Shown: piece by piece, positions 20,376 through 29,071 of the stretch
How positions within the stretch are numbered: position 1 is the first letter of the stretch
Layout of the letters: every line of letters begins with the position of its first letter
Source: an uncultured delta proteobacterium
GTDB lineage: Bacteria > Desulfobacterota > Binatia > Binatales > Binataceae
Direction of reading: 5' to 3'
Assembly: GCA_963765675.1 (NCBI GenBank)
Contig: CAVXXK010000001.1
Coordinates: 1,920,001 to 1,984,000 of the forward strand
DNA length: 64,000 nucleotides
Made by a program: the position numbers and the translations under genes
The notes under the pieces: model-generated
Told to the model about the DNA's origin: nothing
The model's database searches: none
The model's input: only the letters and a program-made list of their open reading frames with translations

Positions 20376-21413
20376 ATGCCAACATGGGGGGAAGTGTTAA
20401 AGGAGCTTCAGCAGGTCAGCCAAGCAAATCAAGCACAGAAGCGGCCCGGGAGCAGTGTTCAGTCACCTTTTGACGTCGTTCGACGGAAATACCTAGAACG
20501 CGTATCTTCCATTACGGGGCGTCCAGTAATTCTGTACGCAACCGCTTGGACACAGGGAAAGGCGGGGACATTAGATCCCGACCTCGTGAGTATCGTCGCC
20601 GAGGATATCCAAGGACTGATGGAAGTTATGCATGGTGTCGCGGGAGGCAAGCTTGATATCATTCTGCATTCGCCGGGAGGGTCTCCTGAGGCGGCGGAAT
20701 CAATCGTCTCGTATCTTCGATCAAAATTTACGGATGTGAGAATTTTCGTCCCGCATGCCGCGATGTCAGCAGCGACGATGTTGGCGTGCTCCGCAAATCG
20801 GATCGTCATGGGGAAGCATTCATATCTCGGCCCAATAGATCCTCAATTCATCATTCAGACCGAGCTCGGCCGCCGCATGGTTCCGGCACATGCCATACTT
20901 GAGCAGTTCGAGCTCGCGAAGAAGGAATGCGCAGCCAGTCAATCAGCTTTGCCCGCGTGGCTTCCCATGCTCAGGCAATACGGCCCGGCGTTATTGGTTC
21001 AATGCACGCTGGCTCGCAAGCTCGCGGAATCGCTCGTGTCGCAATGGCTTGAAAAGTACATGAGGACGGAACCCGACGGAGTGAATATCTCAGGGCCTGC
21101 GATCGCGGCCCAGCTTGCGGACCATTCTAAGTTCATGAGCCACTCGCGATTCATCGACCGAGCTGACGCGAAGAACCTTGGACTGTTAGTGATGGACCTT
21201 GAAGCCGATCAATTCTTGCAGGACGCTGTTCTCAGCGTATTTCACGCCGCCTCTCATACCTTTAATGGAACTCCATGCGTGAAGATCATCGAGAACCATC
21301 TCGGGAAGGCGTTCATCAAACAACAGCAGATCCTAACAATTCAGCAGCAGCAAGTTGTTGCACCCCTTCCGGCGAGTCCGGTTCCTCCATCAGTGCCGCC
21401 TACGCGGCCCTGA
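20376..21413 (+). CDS. SDH-family ClpP/crotonase-fold serine protease
   Basis: LDIILHSPGGS, AMSAATMLAC, LGPIDPQ, SHSRFI. Confidence 0.85.
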   Translation: MPTWGEVLKELQQVSQANQAQKRPGSSVQSPFDVVRRKYLERVSSITGRPVILYATAWTQGKAGTLDPDLVSIVAEDIQGLMEVMHGVAGGKLDIILHSPGGSPEAAESIVSYLRSKFTDVRIFVPHAAMSAATMLACSANRIVMGKHSYLGPIDPQFIIQTELGRRMVPAHAILEQFELAKKECAASQSALPAWLPMLRQYGPALLVQCTLARKLAESLVSQWLEKYMRTEPDGVNISGPAIAAQLADHSKFMSHSRFIDRADAKNLGLLVMDLEADQFLQDAVLSVFHAASHTFNGTPCVKIIENHLGKAFIKQQQILTIQQQQVVAPLPASPVPPSVPPTRP

Positions 21414-21479
21414 TCCATAGTTCTGGTACGGAGTGGCTGCTCACGAACCTTGGCGCGAAAGGAATGGAACCGCAGTGAT

Positions 21480-21544
21480 CCCGGAATGATTCTGCCGCGC
21501 AACATGAAGCTGGGGCTGCTCTCGAAATTCGTGACCGACTGGAT
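21480..21544 (+). repeat. Duplicated internal fragment of the maoC-like gene (direct repeat of 19703-19767)
   Basis: 59/65 identical by manual alignment; the last 29 nt are identical (CTGCTCTCGAAATTCGTGACCGACTGGAT). Confidence 0.9.
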
Positions 21545-21654
21545 GCCGAAAAGCGGAACCCATTGGTGGGGCGCGCCTGCGGCGCACCCGTCTCCCACGG
21601 GCGAGACGCCCGCGCCATTATTTCCCGTGCCTTGATCTGGTTATTCACTGCCAG

Positions 21655-21707
21655 GTTGGTTGCACTAATCGCTTCGCGGAGATCCTTCACCTGCGGCTCA
21701 GGATGAC
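21655..21707. repeat. Left copy of 53-bp inverted repeat (GTCAT family)
   Basis: Reverse complement of 23041-23093 with 2 mismatches. Confidence 0.92.
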
Positions 21708-21774
21708 TAGACGGAGGGTTTGCGAGAAAATCGAGAGCCGTCTTCGAGTCGCGCGAAATTGCCGGCCGCGCAGG

Positions 21775-22911
21775 TCACAGCGCGCGGAGTTCGGAGGAGA
21801 TATCGCGGCGCATCGCGAGGATCGCGGGCACCATCGCGCTGAGCAGTCCGATCGCGGCGGCGATTAGAAAGCTCTCGACCGCGACGATCGGTACCAGCCG
21901 CAGGATTTGTGCGAACGGGCCCAGCACCGCGCCCGCGTACGGAACCAATGCCAGCGCGACGTACGCCAACGCGCATCCCAGCGCGCCGCCGGCGCATCCG
22001 ATGAGCGCGCCTTCGCCGAGCAGCATCACCATGATGATTCGCGAGGTGAACCCGAGCGAGCGCATCACCGCCAGCTCGCTTTTGCGCTCGCGCACCGCCA
22101 TCGCGGCCGTGTTCGCGGCGACCATCCCGATCACGACGACGACGATGAATGCCAGAATCTTTACTCCGTCGAACAGCAGCCGAAACATCCGGAGCTGATT
22201 GAGCGCGAGCGTGATCTCGGATTCGGTGGTGGTCTCGAAGGCGGAATTGGCGAAGCGGGAATCGACCTCGTTGATAACCGCGGGAATCGAGTCCGAACTA
22301 TCCACTTTGATGAAATAGAGAATGACCTGGCCGTGCACCGGCGAGGCTTGGTCAACAAAGTCGCGCCGCATGATGAGCGCATTGCCGGGACCCTTGCGGC
22401 CCAGCGCTCCGAGAATCTTGACCTCGAGCTTTCCCTCAACGCCGCTCAGCGTAATCGTGTCGCCGACTCTCCATCCAAAGCGCTTCATCATCGCGCGGTT
22501 GGCGATTCCTCCGGAGCGCACCTGCTGCAACTGCTCGACGACCGACCGCGAGACGCCCCAGTCGGGCCAGATCTCGCGGATCACATCCGGATCGACTCCC
22601 ACGCCCGCGATCAGATCTGTCGTCTTGCCGTAGTTGCCGACCCATACCGCGTAACCGCTGACCGCCATGACATGCGGCATCGCACGGATGGTTGGCTCGT
22701 ACGCGGCGGGAAGGGCGTAAAAGAATCCGGCCTTGTTGTGGACGATCACGCGCAGGTCGCTCGCTGAATCGTGCAGGATCTGATCGACCACCGCGGGCAG
22801 GCTGATGAGCGCGGCGAAGATAAAGATCGACACGCCGATCGAGAGCACGGTCAAAAGTGTGCGCCGCCGATTGCGCAGCAGGTTGCGGAAGATCAGGGGA
22901 AGATATTTCAT
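21775..22911 (-). CDS. MacB/FtsX-type ABC transporter permease
   Basis: RNLLRNRRRTLLT, VRERKSELAVMRSLGF, 4 TM layout. Start taken at MKYLP. Confidence 0.9.
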   Translation of the reverse strand: MKYLPLIFRNLLRNRRRTLLTVLSIGVSIFIFAALISLPAVVDQILHDSASDLRVIVHNKAGFFYALPAAYEPTIRAMPHVMAVSGYAVWVGNYGKTTDLIAGVGVDPDVIREIWPDWGVSRSVVEQLQQVRSGGIANRAMMKRFGWRVGDTITLSGVEGKLEVKILGALGRKGPGNALIMRRDFVDQASPVHGQVILYFIKVDSSDSIPAVINEVDSRFANSAFETTTESEITLALNQLRMFRLLFDGVKILAFIVVVVIGMVAANTAAMAVRERKSELAVMRSLGFTSRIIMVMLLGEGALIGCAGGALGCALAYVALALVPYAGAVLGPFAQILRLVPIVAVESFLIAAAIGLLSAMVPAILAMRRDISSELRAL

Positions 22912-22939
22912 CGGTGGCGCACGATGCGGCGGAGCAGCA

Positions 22940-23015
22940 CCCTCACCCACGCGTCACGGCGATTGCAAAAAAGAGCAATCGCCGCGCCGCGTCGCCCTCT
23001 CCCGGAGGGAGAGGG
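22940..23015. repeat. REP-like palindrome CCCTCACCC...CCCTCTCCC-GGA-GGGAGAGGG with an internal hairpin
   Basis: Stem CCCTCTCCC/GGGAGAGGG at 22995-23015; stem CGGCGATTGC/GCAATCGCCG at 22957-22984. Confidence 0.7.
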
Positions 23016-23040
23016 TATTTCTGGTAACTCCTCAGTTGGT

Positions 23041-23093
23041 GTCATCCTAAGCCGCAGGCGAAGGATCTCCGCGAAGCGATTAGTGCAACCAAC
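23041..23093. repeat. Right copy of 53-bp inverted repeat (GTCAT family)
   Basis: GTCATCCTAAGCCGCAGGCGAAGGATCTCCGCGAAGCGATTAGTGCAACCAAC. Confidence 0.92.
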
Positions 23094-23133
23094 GCGGGTT
23101 CTCCGCACTAATTGCCAGCTCGTGCGGATGTCC

Positions 23134-23682
23134 CTACAGCAAGGCGCCGCGGAAGGGTTCGTCGCGCGGGGGCGGATATTGCAGCAGGTTGATTGCCCAC
23201 CTGCGCGCTTGATGCAACGCGTCCTCAGCGCGGCGGAACGTGCGCTCCCGGTACATCACGCTCCACACGTACGCGTCGACCGACGGCTCGTCGCCCAGCG
23301 TCACATCGAGCATCCAGTCTTCGAGCCCGGGCCCGCAGATCAGAAGCCGCACCAGGCGGCCGTGGTCGAGGATTATTCCGCGCGCCTCGCGCGGGAGACG
23401 GAACTCGTCCTTGACGCGCTTGACCAGATGCGGCGGGTAATGCTCTTCCGTCATCGCGACGTAAACCCATTCGCCTTGCGCGGGATTGGCTTGGCGCGCG
23501 ATGCGCAAATTGTTGTCGGTGAGGTCGTCCTTGGCGCGATCCTGATCGTAATCGCGCGCGACCTGGTAAAACGCCATCGCGACCGGCAGCTCCGGCATCT
23601 CGATCTCGGATTTTGCCTGCTTGGGTTTTTTGAAGGTGGTTTCGACCCACCAACGATTCTCGACGTTGGGTTTGTTCGCCAT
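23134..23682 (-). CDS. Hypothetical protein
   Basis: 182-aa ORF with protein-like composition and host-like codon use; no recognised motif. Confidence 0.75.
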   Translation of the reverse strand: MANKPNVENRWWVETTFKKPKQAKSEIEMPELPVAMAFYQVARDYDQDRAKDDLTDNNLRIARQANPAQGEWVYVAMTEEHYPPHLVKRVKDEFRLPREARGIILDHGRLVRLLICGPGLEDWMLDVTLGDEPSVDAYVWSVMYRERTFRRAEDALHQARRWAINLLQYPPPRDEPFRGALL

Positions 23683-23694
23683 CGCGAATTGATT

Positions 23695-24171
23695 CTACGC
23701 CGCTTTCATGCGCCGTGCTCGCCGTGCCGACGCCGCTCGCGACGTATTAGCGGTGCGTGTCCGCCGCTTGCGCGATCCGCGGGCCGGTGCGCGGCGCGCC
23801 TTGCGCGCGGTCCGCAGTCCGGTAACCATCCGGCGCATGAAGGCGTCGGCCTTGCGCTCGGCGTCGGTCCAGAACAGGTAATGACCCATCTCGTGATAGA
23901 TCATCTGCACCCACATCCGCTCGCTGTTATGGATTCGGCCGCGTTTCCAGTTTTCCGGATGCACCAGATGAATCCGGCCGTCCTCATAAGTTTTGCCGGC
24001 GGCCCTGCCCCAATCGATATACTCGAACCACGAAATTCGCGGACGCCGCACCGCGAAGTAGCGGCACAGGCGCGCGACGGCGCGGTTGAACGACGCCTTG
24101 CGATGCGTGTGGAAGAACTCGACCAGTTCACGGTCGATTGAGCGCCGATGAATTTTCGGCGGGACCATCAT
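23695..24171 (-). CDS. Small HEXXH zinc metallopeptidase-like protein with a basic tail
   Basis: HEMGHYLFWTDAERKADAF; Arg/Ala-rich C-terminus. Start inferred at MMVPPK. Confidence 0.7.
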   Translation of the reverse strand: MMVPPKIHRRSIDRELVEFFHTHRKASFNRAVARLCRYFAVRRPRISWFEYIDWGRAAGKTYEDGRIHLVHPENWKRGRIHNSERMWVQMIYHEMGHYLFWTDAERKADAFMRRMVTGLRTARKARRAPARGSRKRRTRTANTSRAASARRARRMKAA

Positions 24172-24330
24172 TCGCACGGCCGGACCTCCGGGAAGCGAGA
24201 GGGAAGTGTCCAAATCATACGAAGCGCGCGCGCGGACAGTCAACGCGGGAACCAAAAATAGCCTAAGTAGCTGAAATCGCTCGAGTATTTCTCAGATGCA
24301 CCCACGGCCGCGAGGATCGCGGCGCGGCTT

Positions 24331-25547
24331 TTAGACGATCGCACCGGACTCCTTGAGCCGCGCGATCTCGCTCCCACGTCAGGCCGACCTCGAGCGCGAC
24401 TTCCTCGGTATGCGCGCCGAGCTCGGGAGCCGCGCGATGCGCTCGCGGAGCTACGTCGCCGAAATGCACAGGACTGTTCACGATTCGAGCGCCGGGAAAC
24501 GCGGGGTGATCGACTTCGGCGAACGCGCCGATCGCATGCGCCTGCGGATCGCGCAGAACTTCGGCCCCGGTATGAACGGGCGCCCAGATGAGCTCGTGAC
24601 GATCGAAAATCGGCGCCCATTCGTCGCGAGTGCGCGTGGCGACGGCCGCGTCGATCTCGGCGGTCATCGCTGGCGCAGTTCTGTGCGCGCGCCGAACCGT
24701 CGGCGAAGCGCGGATCATTCTTCCATTCGGGATGGCCCAGCGCGGCGCAGAACTGCGCCCAGAAGCGGTCGGCCTGGATCAGCACGAAGTAGATCCACTT
24801 CCCGTCCTTGCACGCATACGAGCTCCACAGCGGATTGATCCGCTGGTCGCGGCTCTCGCTCGCGGGACTCGTGCCGGTCATCAGGCCGACGGTCAGGTCG
24901 CTCGCGTTCATCCACAGGCCCATCGAGAACAGCGAGATTCGCACCTCGCGGCCGCGGCCGGTGCGGGTGCGCGCGAGTAGCGCCGCCGAGATCGCGCCGG
25001 CAAGTCCGAGCCCGACCGCGTGATCGATCATCGCGGGACGCTGCGCCGGTGGCGGCGCACCCGGCTCCTGGATCGTCGCCATCAGGCCCGAGCGCGCCCA
25101 CGCTGCCGCGTAGTCGTACGCGGGGCGATCGCGGTCGGGTCCGCGATGCCCGTAGCCGTTGAGCGAGGCGTAGATCAGGCGCGGGTTGCGCGCGGCGAGC
25201 GCCTCGTAGCCGAGCTTCATCCGCTCCAGCGCTTCCAGGCGCAGGCTGGTGACGAACACGTCGGCGCGGTCGATTATCTTGAGTGCGAACTCGAGCCCGT
25301 CGGGTTTGCGCACGTCGACCGCAACCGAACGCTTGTTGCGGTTCTCGAGCTCGTAGGGCGGACGCACGCGGAGCTTGGGATCGTTCATCGCGCGGCTGGT
25401 TGCTCCGCGAATCGGATCGCCGCCGTCTGGGTTCTCGAGCTTGATCGCGTCCGCGCCCCAATCGGCCAGCACCGCGGCGGTCGACGGTCCCGCGACCCAC
25501 ATCGCAAGCTCCACGACCTTGATACCGGAAAGAGGACGATCGTCCAT
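24331..25547 (-). CDS. CaiB/BaiF family III CoA-transferase, with two apparent +1 frameshifts (near 24671 and 24371)
   Basis: PLSGIKVVEL..VAGP..LADWGADAIKLE, NRNKRS. The C-terminus APELGAHTEEV..EIARLKESGAIV* is recovered across frames. Confidence 0.85.
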
Positions 25548-25674
25548 CGCGCCAACTACCTCTCGCGTAGATCACCGTCACGCGAATTTTCGCGTGCGAA
25601 AAAAATGAAATCGCTGGCCGAATTGCTAGCAGGTATTCGCCCGGGATTGAAAGCGTCGCGCGCGATCAGCGCGC

Positions 25675-26133
25675 TTATCTGCCTTGCCGCAGCGGACGGA
25701 TTCGCGCCTTGCGCCGGCGCCTGACGCGATTGACGGTCAAGCGCTGCACGCGGCTGGCTTCCTTGAGCCGCAATCTGAGCGGCGCCACGCGAGCGGCGTT
25801 GCTGTCGCCGGAGACGAGCGCGCGCAGGCGCCATCTTAGAGCCTCGGCGTCGATCCCGAGCGCGTCGCACACGTTCTCGAACGCGAGCGGACACTTCGCG
25901 CCCTGCGCAAAGATCCAGCTCCACGCCTCGGCGAACGGGCCGCGCTTGCGCGCGGATTCCGAATGATGGAAATCCTGCACGATATTGATCGCATCGGCCA
26001 GCACCGCCAGCATCAGGCGCTGTTCGCTCGAAAGCGATCGCGTACCAATCAGTTCGAAGAATTGGCTGCGCAGAATTACGTCGGGGAAAGGGCGCGCATC
26101 GGCGCGTGGCATCGAGGTTTCGGACGGGAGCAT
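25675..26133 (-). CDS. Hypothetical protein, possibly DNA-binding
   Basis: EQRLMLAVLADAI..EAWSWIF..FENVCDALGIDAEALR; basic tail; AAGGAAG RBS. Confidence 0.7.
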   Translation of the reverse strand: MLPSETSMPRADARPFPDVILRSQFFELIGTRSLSSEQRLMLAVLADAINIVQDFHHSESARKRGPFAEAWSWIFAQGAKCPLAFENVCDALGIDAEALRWRLRALVSGDSNAARVAPLRLRLKEASRVQRLTVNRVRRRRKARIRPLRQGR

Positions 26134-26532
26134 CTTCCTTCGACCTCCGCCGCGAAACCTTCAAAACTATCCGGAGCTTCGCGGCATATTCTCAAACACA
26201 GTCACAGACATCCTAATCCTGCCACTCGCCCGCGCTTATCCTGCTGGACGGCAAGACGAAGTTAGAGCGATCGTAATCGGCATGCAAGCGAAATCGTGAT
26301 CGCATCCGACGACGCAAAATCCACTGCATAAGTAGCGTTACCATAGCCAATCTTTAAGATAAGTTAGCTTTAATGAATTGAGCGCTGAGGCGCGGTCGCC
26401 GATGCGCCCTTCGAAGCGTTTCTGCTATACTCCGATGAGTCAGCGCGCCGCGGCGAGCGACGCCAACTCAACAACTCTCGCTTTTCCTTACGGGCGCGGG
26501 CCGCCCGTCATAACGGCCCGGGAGAATCGACG

Positions 26533-26865
26533 ATGGCTGATTTTTATAGCAAGGAAACTTCCAAGCATCTGCGCAAACTCCGGCAAATGGCGCCCGACAT
26601 GTTCAAGGGCTTCCTCGACTTCGACCAGGTCGTTTTCAAAGACGGCGCGATCCCTTCGAAAACCAAGGAGCTGATGGCGATAACCGCGGCGCATGTCACG
26701 CAGTGCCCGTGGTGTATCGAGGCGCACGTCACGCGCGCGAAAGAGAAGGGATGCACCGACGAGGAAATCGCCGAGGCGGTGTGGGTGGCGGCTGCGATGC
26801 GCGCGGGAGCGGCGTTCAGCCACGGCGCGATCGCGATGTCGGTAACCGAAGAACACAAGCATTAG
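26533..26865 (+). CDS. Carboxymuconolactone decarboxylase / AhpD-like protein
   Basis: [23 protein letters not shown]. Confidence 0.9.
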   Translation: MADFYSKETSKHLRKLRQMAPDMFKGFLDFDQVVFKDGAIPSKTKELMAITAAHVTQCPWCIEAHVTRAKEKGCTDEEIAEAVWVAAAMRAGAAFSHGAIAMSVTEEHKH

Positions 26866-26909
26866 ACGCGGCCGTCGCGCCGAGCGGAATTTTCAGGCAG
26901 CATTATCGA

Positions 26910-28067
26910 ATGGATCAGCAGGCAGCTTCGGGACGTAGAACCCGCGCGGTTGAAATCGGCGCGATCAGGGTGGGCGGCGGAAATCCGGTCGTCGTGCAAT
27001 CGATGTGCGCGACGCGCACGATCGACATAGATCTGACCGTCGCGCAGGCGCATCAACTCGCCGATGCGGGCGCGGGAATCGTGCGGATCGCGATGGACTC
27101 GGACAAGGAGATCCCCGCGATCAAGGAAATCCGCAAGCAGACGGCGGGCATCAACCTCTCGGTGGATTTGCAGGAGAACTATCGCATCGCCGATCGCGTC
27201 GCGCCGTACGTGGACAAGATCCGCTACAACCCCGGCCATCTGCATCATATCGAGAAGAAGAAAACCATCGAGCAGAAAGTGAAGTGGCTGGTCGAAGTCG
27301 CGCGCGACAACAACGTCGCGATTCGGATCGGCGTTAATTGCGGCTCGGTCGCACCCGCGTTCCTGGAAAAATTTCCCGGCGATCAATTGGGCGCGATCGT
27401 CGAGTCGGCGGCCTACCACTGCGACCTGATGGACGAGCTTGGCTTCACGCGTTTTGTCGTGTCGCTCAAGGACTCCGAGCCGCAAAAGGTAATCGACGCC
27501 AATCGCCGCTTCGCCCAGCGTCGTCCCGACGTGCCGATTCATCTCGGAGTGACGGAGGCTGGACTTCCGCCCGACGGCATCATCAAGACCCGACTCGCGT
27601 TCGAGAAGCTGCTCGCGCAGGGAATCGGCGAGACGATTCGCGTCTCGCTGACACTGCCCAACGAGCGCAAGCACGAAGAAGTGCTGGTCGGCCACAAGAT
27701 TATCGGCGACGTGCAGGCCGGCCGCTTCATCTCGGTGCCGGAATTCGGCAAGGGCCTCAACATCATCTCGTGTCCGTCATGCTCGCGGGTCGAGAACGAG
27801 AAATTCGTCGAGCTGGCCCAGCAGGTCAAGGTGCTGAGCGAGTACGCGTCGAAGCATCGCATCACGATCGCCGTAATGGGATGCCGCGTGAACGGCCCGG
27901 GCGAGACCGACGACGCCGATCTGGGTCTATGGTGCGGGCCGACGACGGTAAACCTGAAGAAAAAAGACAAGAAGGTCGGCTTCTTCAGCTACGACGACGT
28001 GCTGCCGCGGCTCAAGATCGAGCTGGACAAGCTGATCGCGCTTCGCACCGACGCCTCGGCGAACTAA
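26910..28067 (+). CDS. ispG: 4-hydroxy-3-methylbut-2-en-1-yl diphosphate synthase
   Basis: [49 protein letters not shown]. Confidence 0.96.
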   Translation: MDQQAASGRRTRAVEIGAIRVGGGNPVVVQSMCATRTIDIDLTVAQAHQLADAGAGIVRIAMDSDKEIPAIKEIRKQTAGINLSVDLQENYRIADRVAPYVDKIRYNPGHLHHIEKKKTIEQKVKWLVEVARDNNVAIRIGVNCGSVAPAFLEKFPGDQLGAIVESAAYHCDLMDELGFTRFVVSLKDSEPQKVIDANRRFAQRRPDVPIHLGVTEAGLPPDGIIKTRLAFEKLLAQGIGETIRVSLTLPNERKHEEVLVGHKIIGDVQAGRFISVPEFGKGLNIISCPSCSRVENEKFVELAQQVKVLSEYASKHRITIAVMGCRVNGPGETDDADLGLWCGPTTVNLKKKDKKVGFFSYDDVLPRLKIELDKLIALRTDASAN

Positions 28068-28086
28068 TCCTGCCTGATCGCGCTGC

Positions 28087-28482
28087 TCACGCGCGTACCA
28101 CGCGTAAGCGGAGATGCCGCTCGAAGGGATCGAAGTCACGATCGCAATGCAGCAACTCGTGCCCTTCGACGATACAGAACGTCGCGATTAGCGTGTCGAT
28201 AGTGGTGCGGACCGTCGCTCCGCAGGCGCGAAGCTTGCGGTGATTCTGCACCGCCGCGATCGCGATCTCGCGGCCCGCCATCGGACGGCATTCGAGTGCG
28301 TCGAGCTGTCCAAGCGCCCGGTGAAAATCGAGATCGGAACGAAATCCCTGCAGAACCTCGGCAAGGATTAGGTCGCCGATCAGCAGCTCCTCGGCTCCGA
28401 GCAGACGGTTGAGCAGGTCGGTCTCGGCGGTCGCCCGGCCGTTGAAGTAGTTAATCCAGACCGAGGAATCGACCACGATCAT
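28087..28482 (-). CDS. vapC: PIN-domain toxin
   Basis: VVDSSVWI, EVLQG, TIDTLIA, LLHCDRDF. Confidence 0.92.
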   Translation of the reverse strand: MIVVDSSVWINYFNGRATAETDLLNRLLGAEELLIGDLILAEVLQGFRSDLDFHRALGQLDALECRPMAGREIAIAAVQNHRKLRACGATVRTTIDTLIATFCIVEGHELLHCDRDFDPFERHLRLRVVRA

Positions 28483-28686
28483 CGCTTCGGAAAGCGGTCA
28501 CGCCGCATCGCCTTCAGATCGCCTTCCCATTTGAGCTTGCCGCGGAGACCCTCGGATTCGCTCCTGTTGCTTTAGCCTCACCAGGAGCCGCAACGCGCTT
28601 TCCACCGCCTCGCGCTTGGTGGCCGCGCCCGAAACACGCATCGCCTGCTCCATCAACTCGTCATCGATTACGATATTAGTCCGCAT
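28479..28686 (-). CDS. vapB: VapB antitoxin, with apparent +1 frameshift near 28550
   Basis: MRTNIVIDDELM..TKREAVESAL. Removing one G gives LRGKLKWEGDLKAMRRDR and an ATGA overlap with vapC. Confidence 0.85.
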
Positions 28687-28699
28687 GGCTTCGCTCTCG

Positions 28700-28729
28700 A
28701 TGTGTATGCTACGTCGCTATCATACACAT
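28700..28729. promoter_or_regulatory. Palindromic operator upstream of vapBC (likely autoregulation)
   Basis: ATGTGTATG-N12-CATACACAT, a perfect 9-bp IR about 14 bp upstream of vapB. Confidence 0.65.
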
Positions 28730-28740
28730 TACTAGCCTAT

Positions 28741-29051
28741 TCATTCCCGCGCCCTTCGGCAGGCTCAGGGCAGGCTCCGGCTGGTGCACGAGAGAAATCC
28801 CCGGACGAGAGGCCGCTGCTTGAGTTGTGGGCTTGGAGCATGGACGCCTCGGGATTCCTCGCCTATGGCTCGGAATGACGGATGTAGGCTCGATGCATGA
28901 GTATCGTAGTCTCCGCCGAGCCCTCGACTCGTCATTTCGAGCCCAAGGCGAGGAATCCCGAGGCGTTCGCGCACTCACTTGCGAGTTGCATAGAGGCCGG
29001 CGGCCGAGCACGGGATTCCTCACGCACGGCAGCCACGCGCGCGGGAATGAC
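28741..29051. repeat. Cluster of GTCAT-family palindromic units (two paired elements)
   Basis: Outer IR TCATTCCCGCGC/GCGCGGGAATGA; inner IR GGGATTCCTCGCC..GAATGACG (28851-28880) versus CGTCATTTCGAGCC..GGCGAGGAATCCC (28930-28959). Confidence 0.8.
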
Positions 29052-29071
29052 ACCTTGGCGAATTCGGCCCG

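Noticed and set aside
21450-21635. 61-aa ORF as a real gene
   Set aside because: It is composed of the duplicated maoC fragment plus repeat DNA.
28741-29051. Possible CRISPR array
   Set aside because: Units alternate in orientation, are divergent and irregularly spaced, and no cas genes are present. Better explained as REP-like palindromes.
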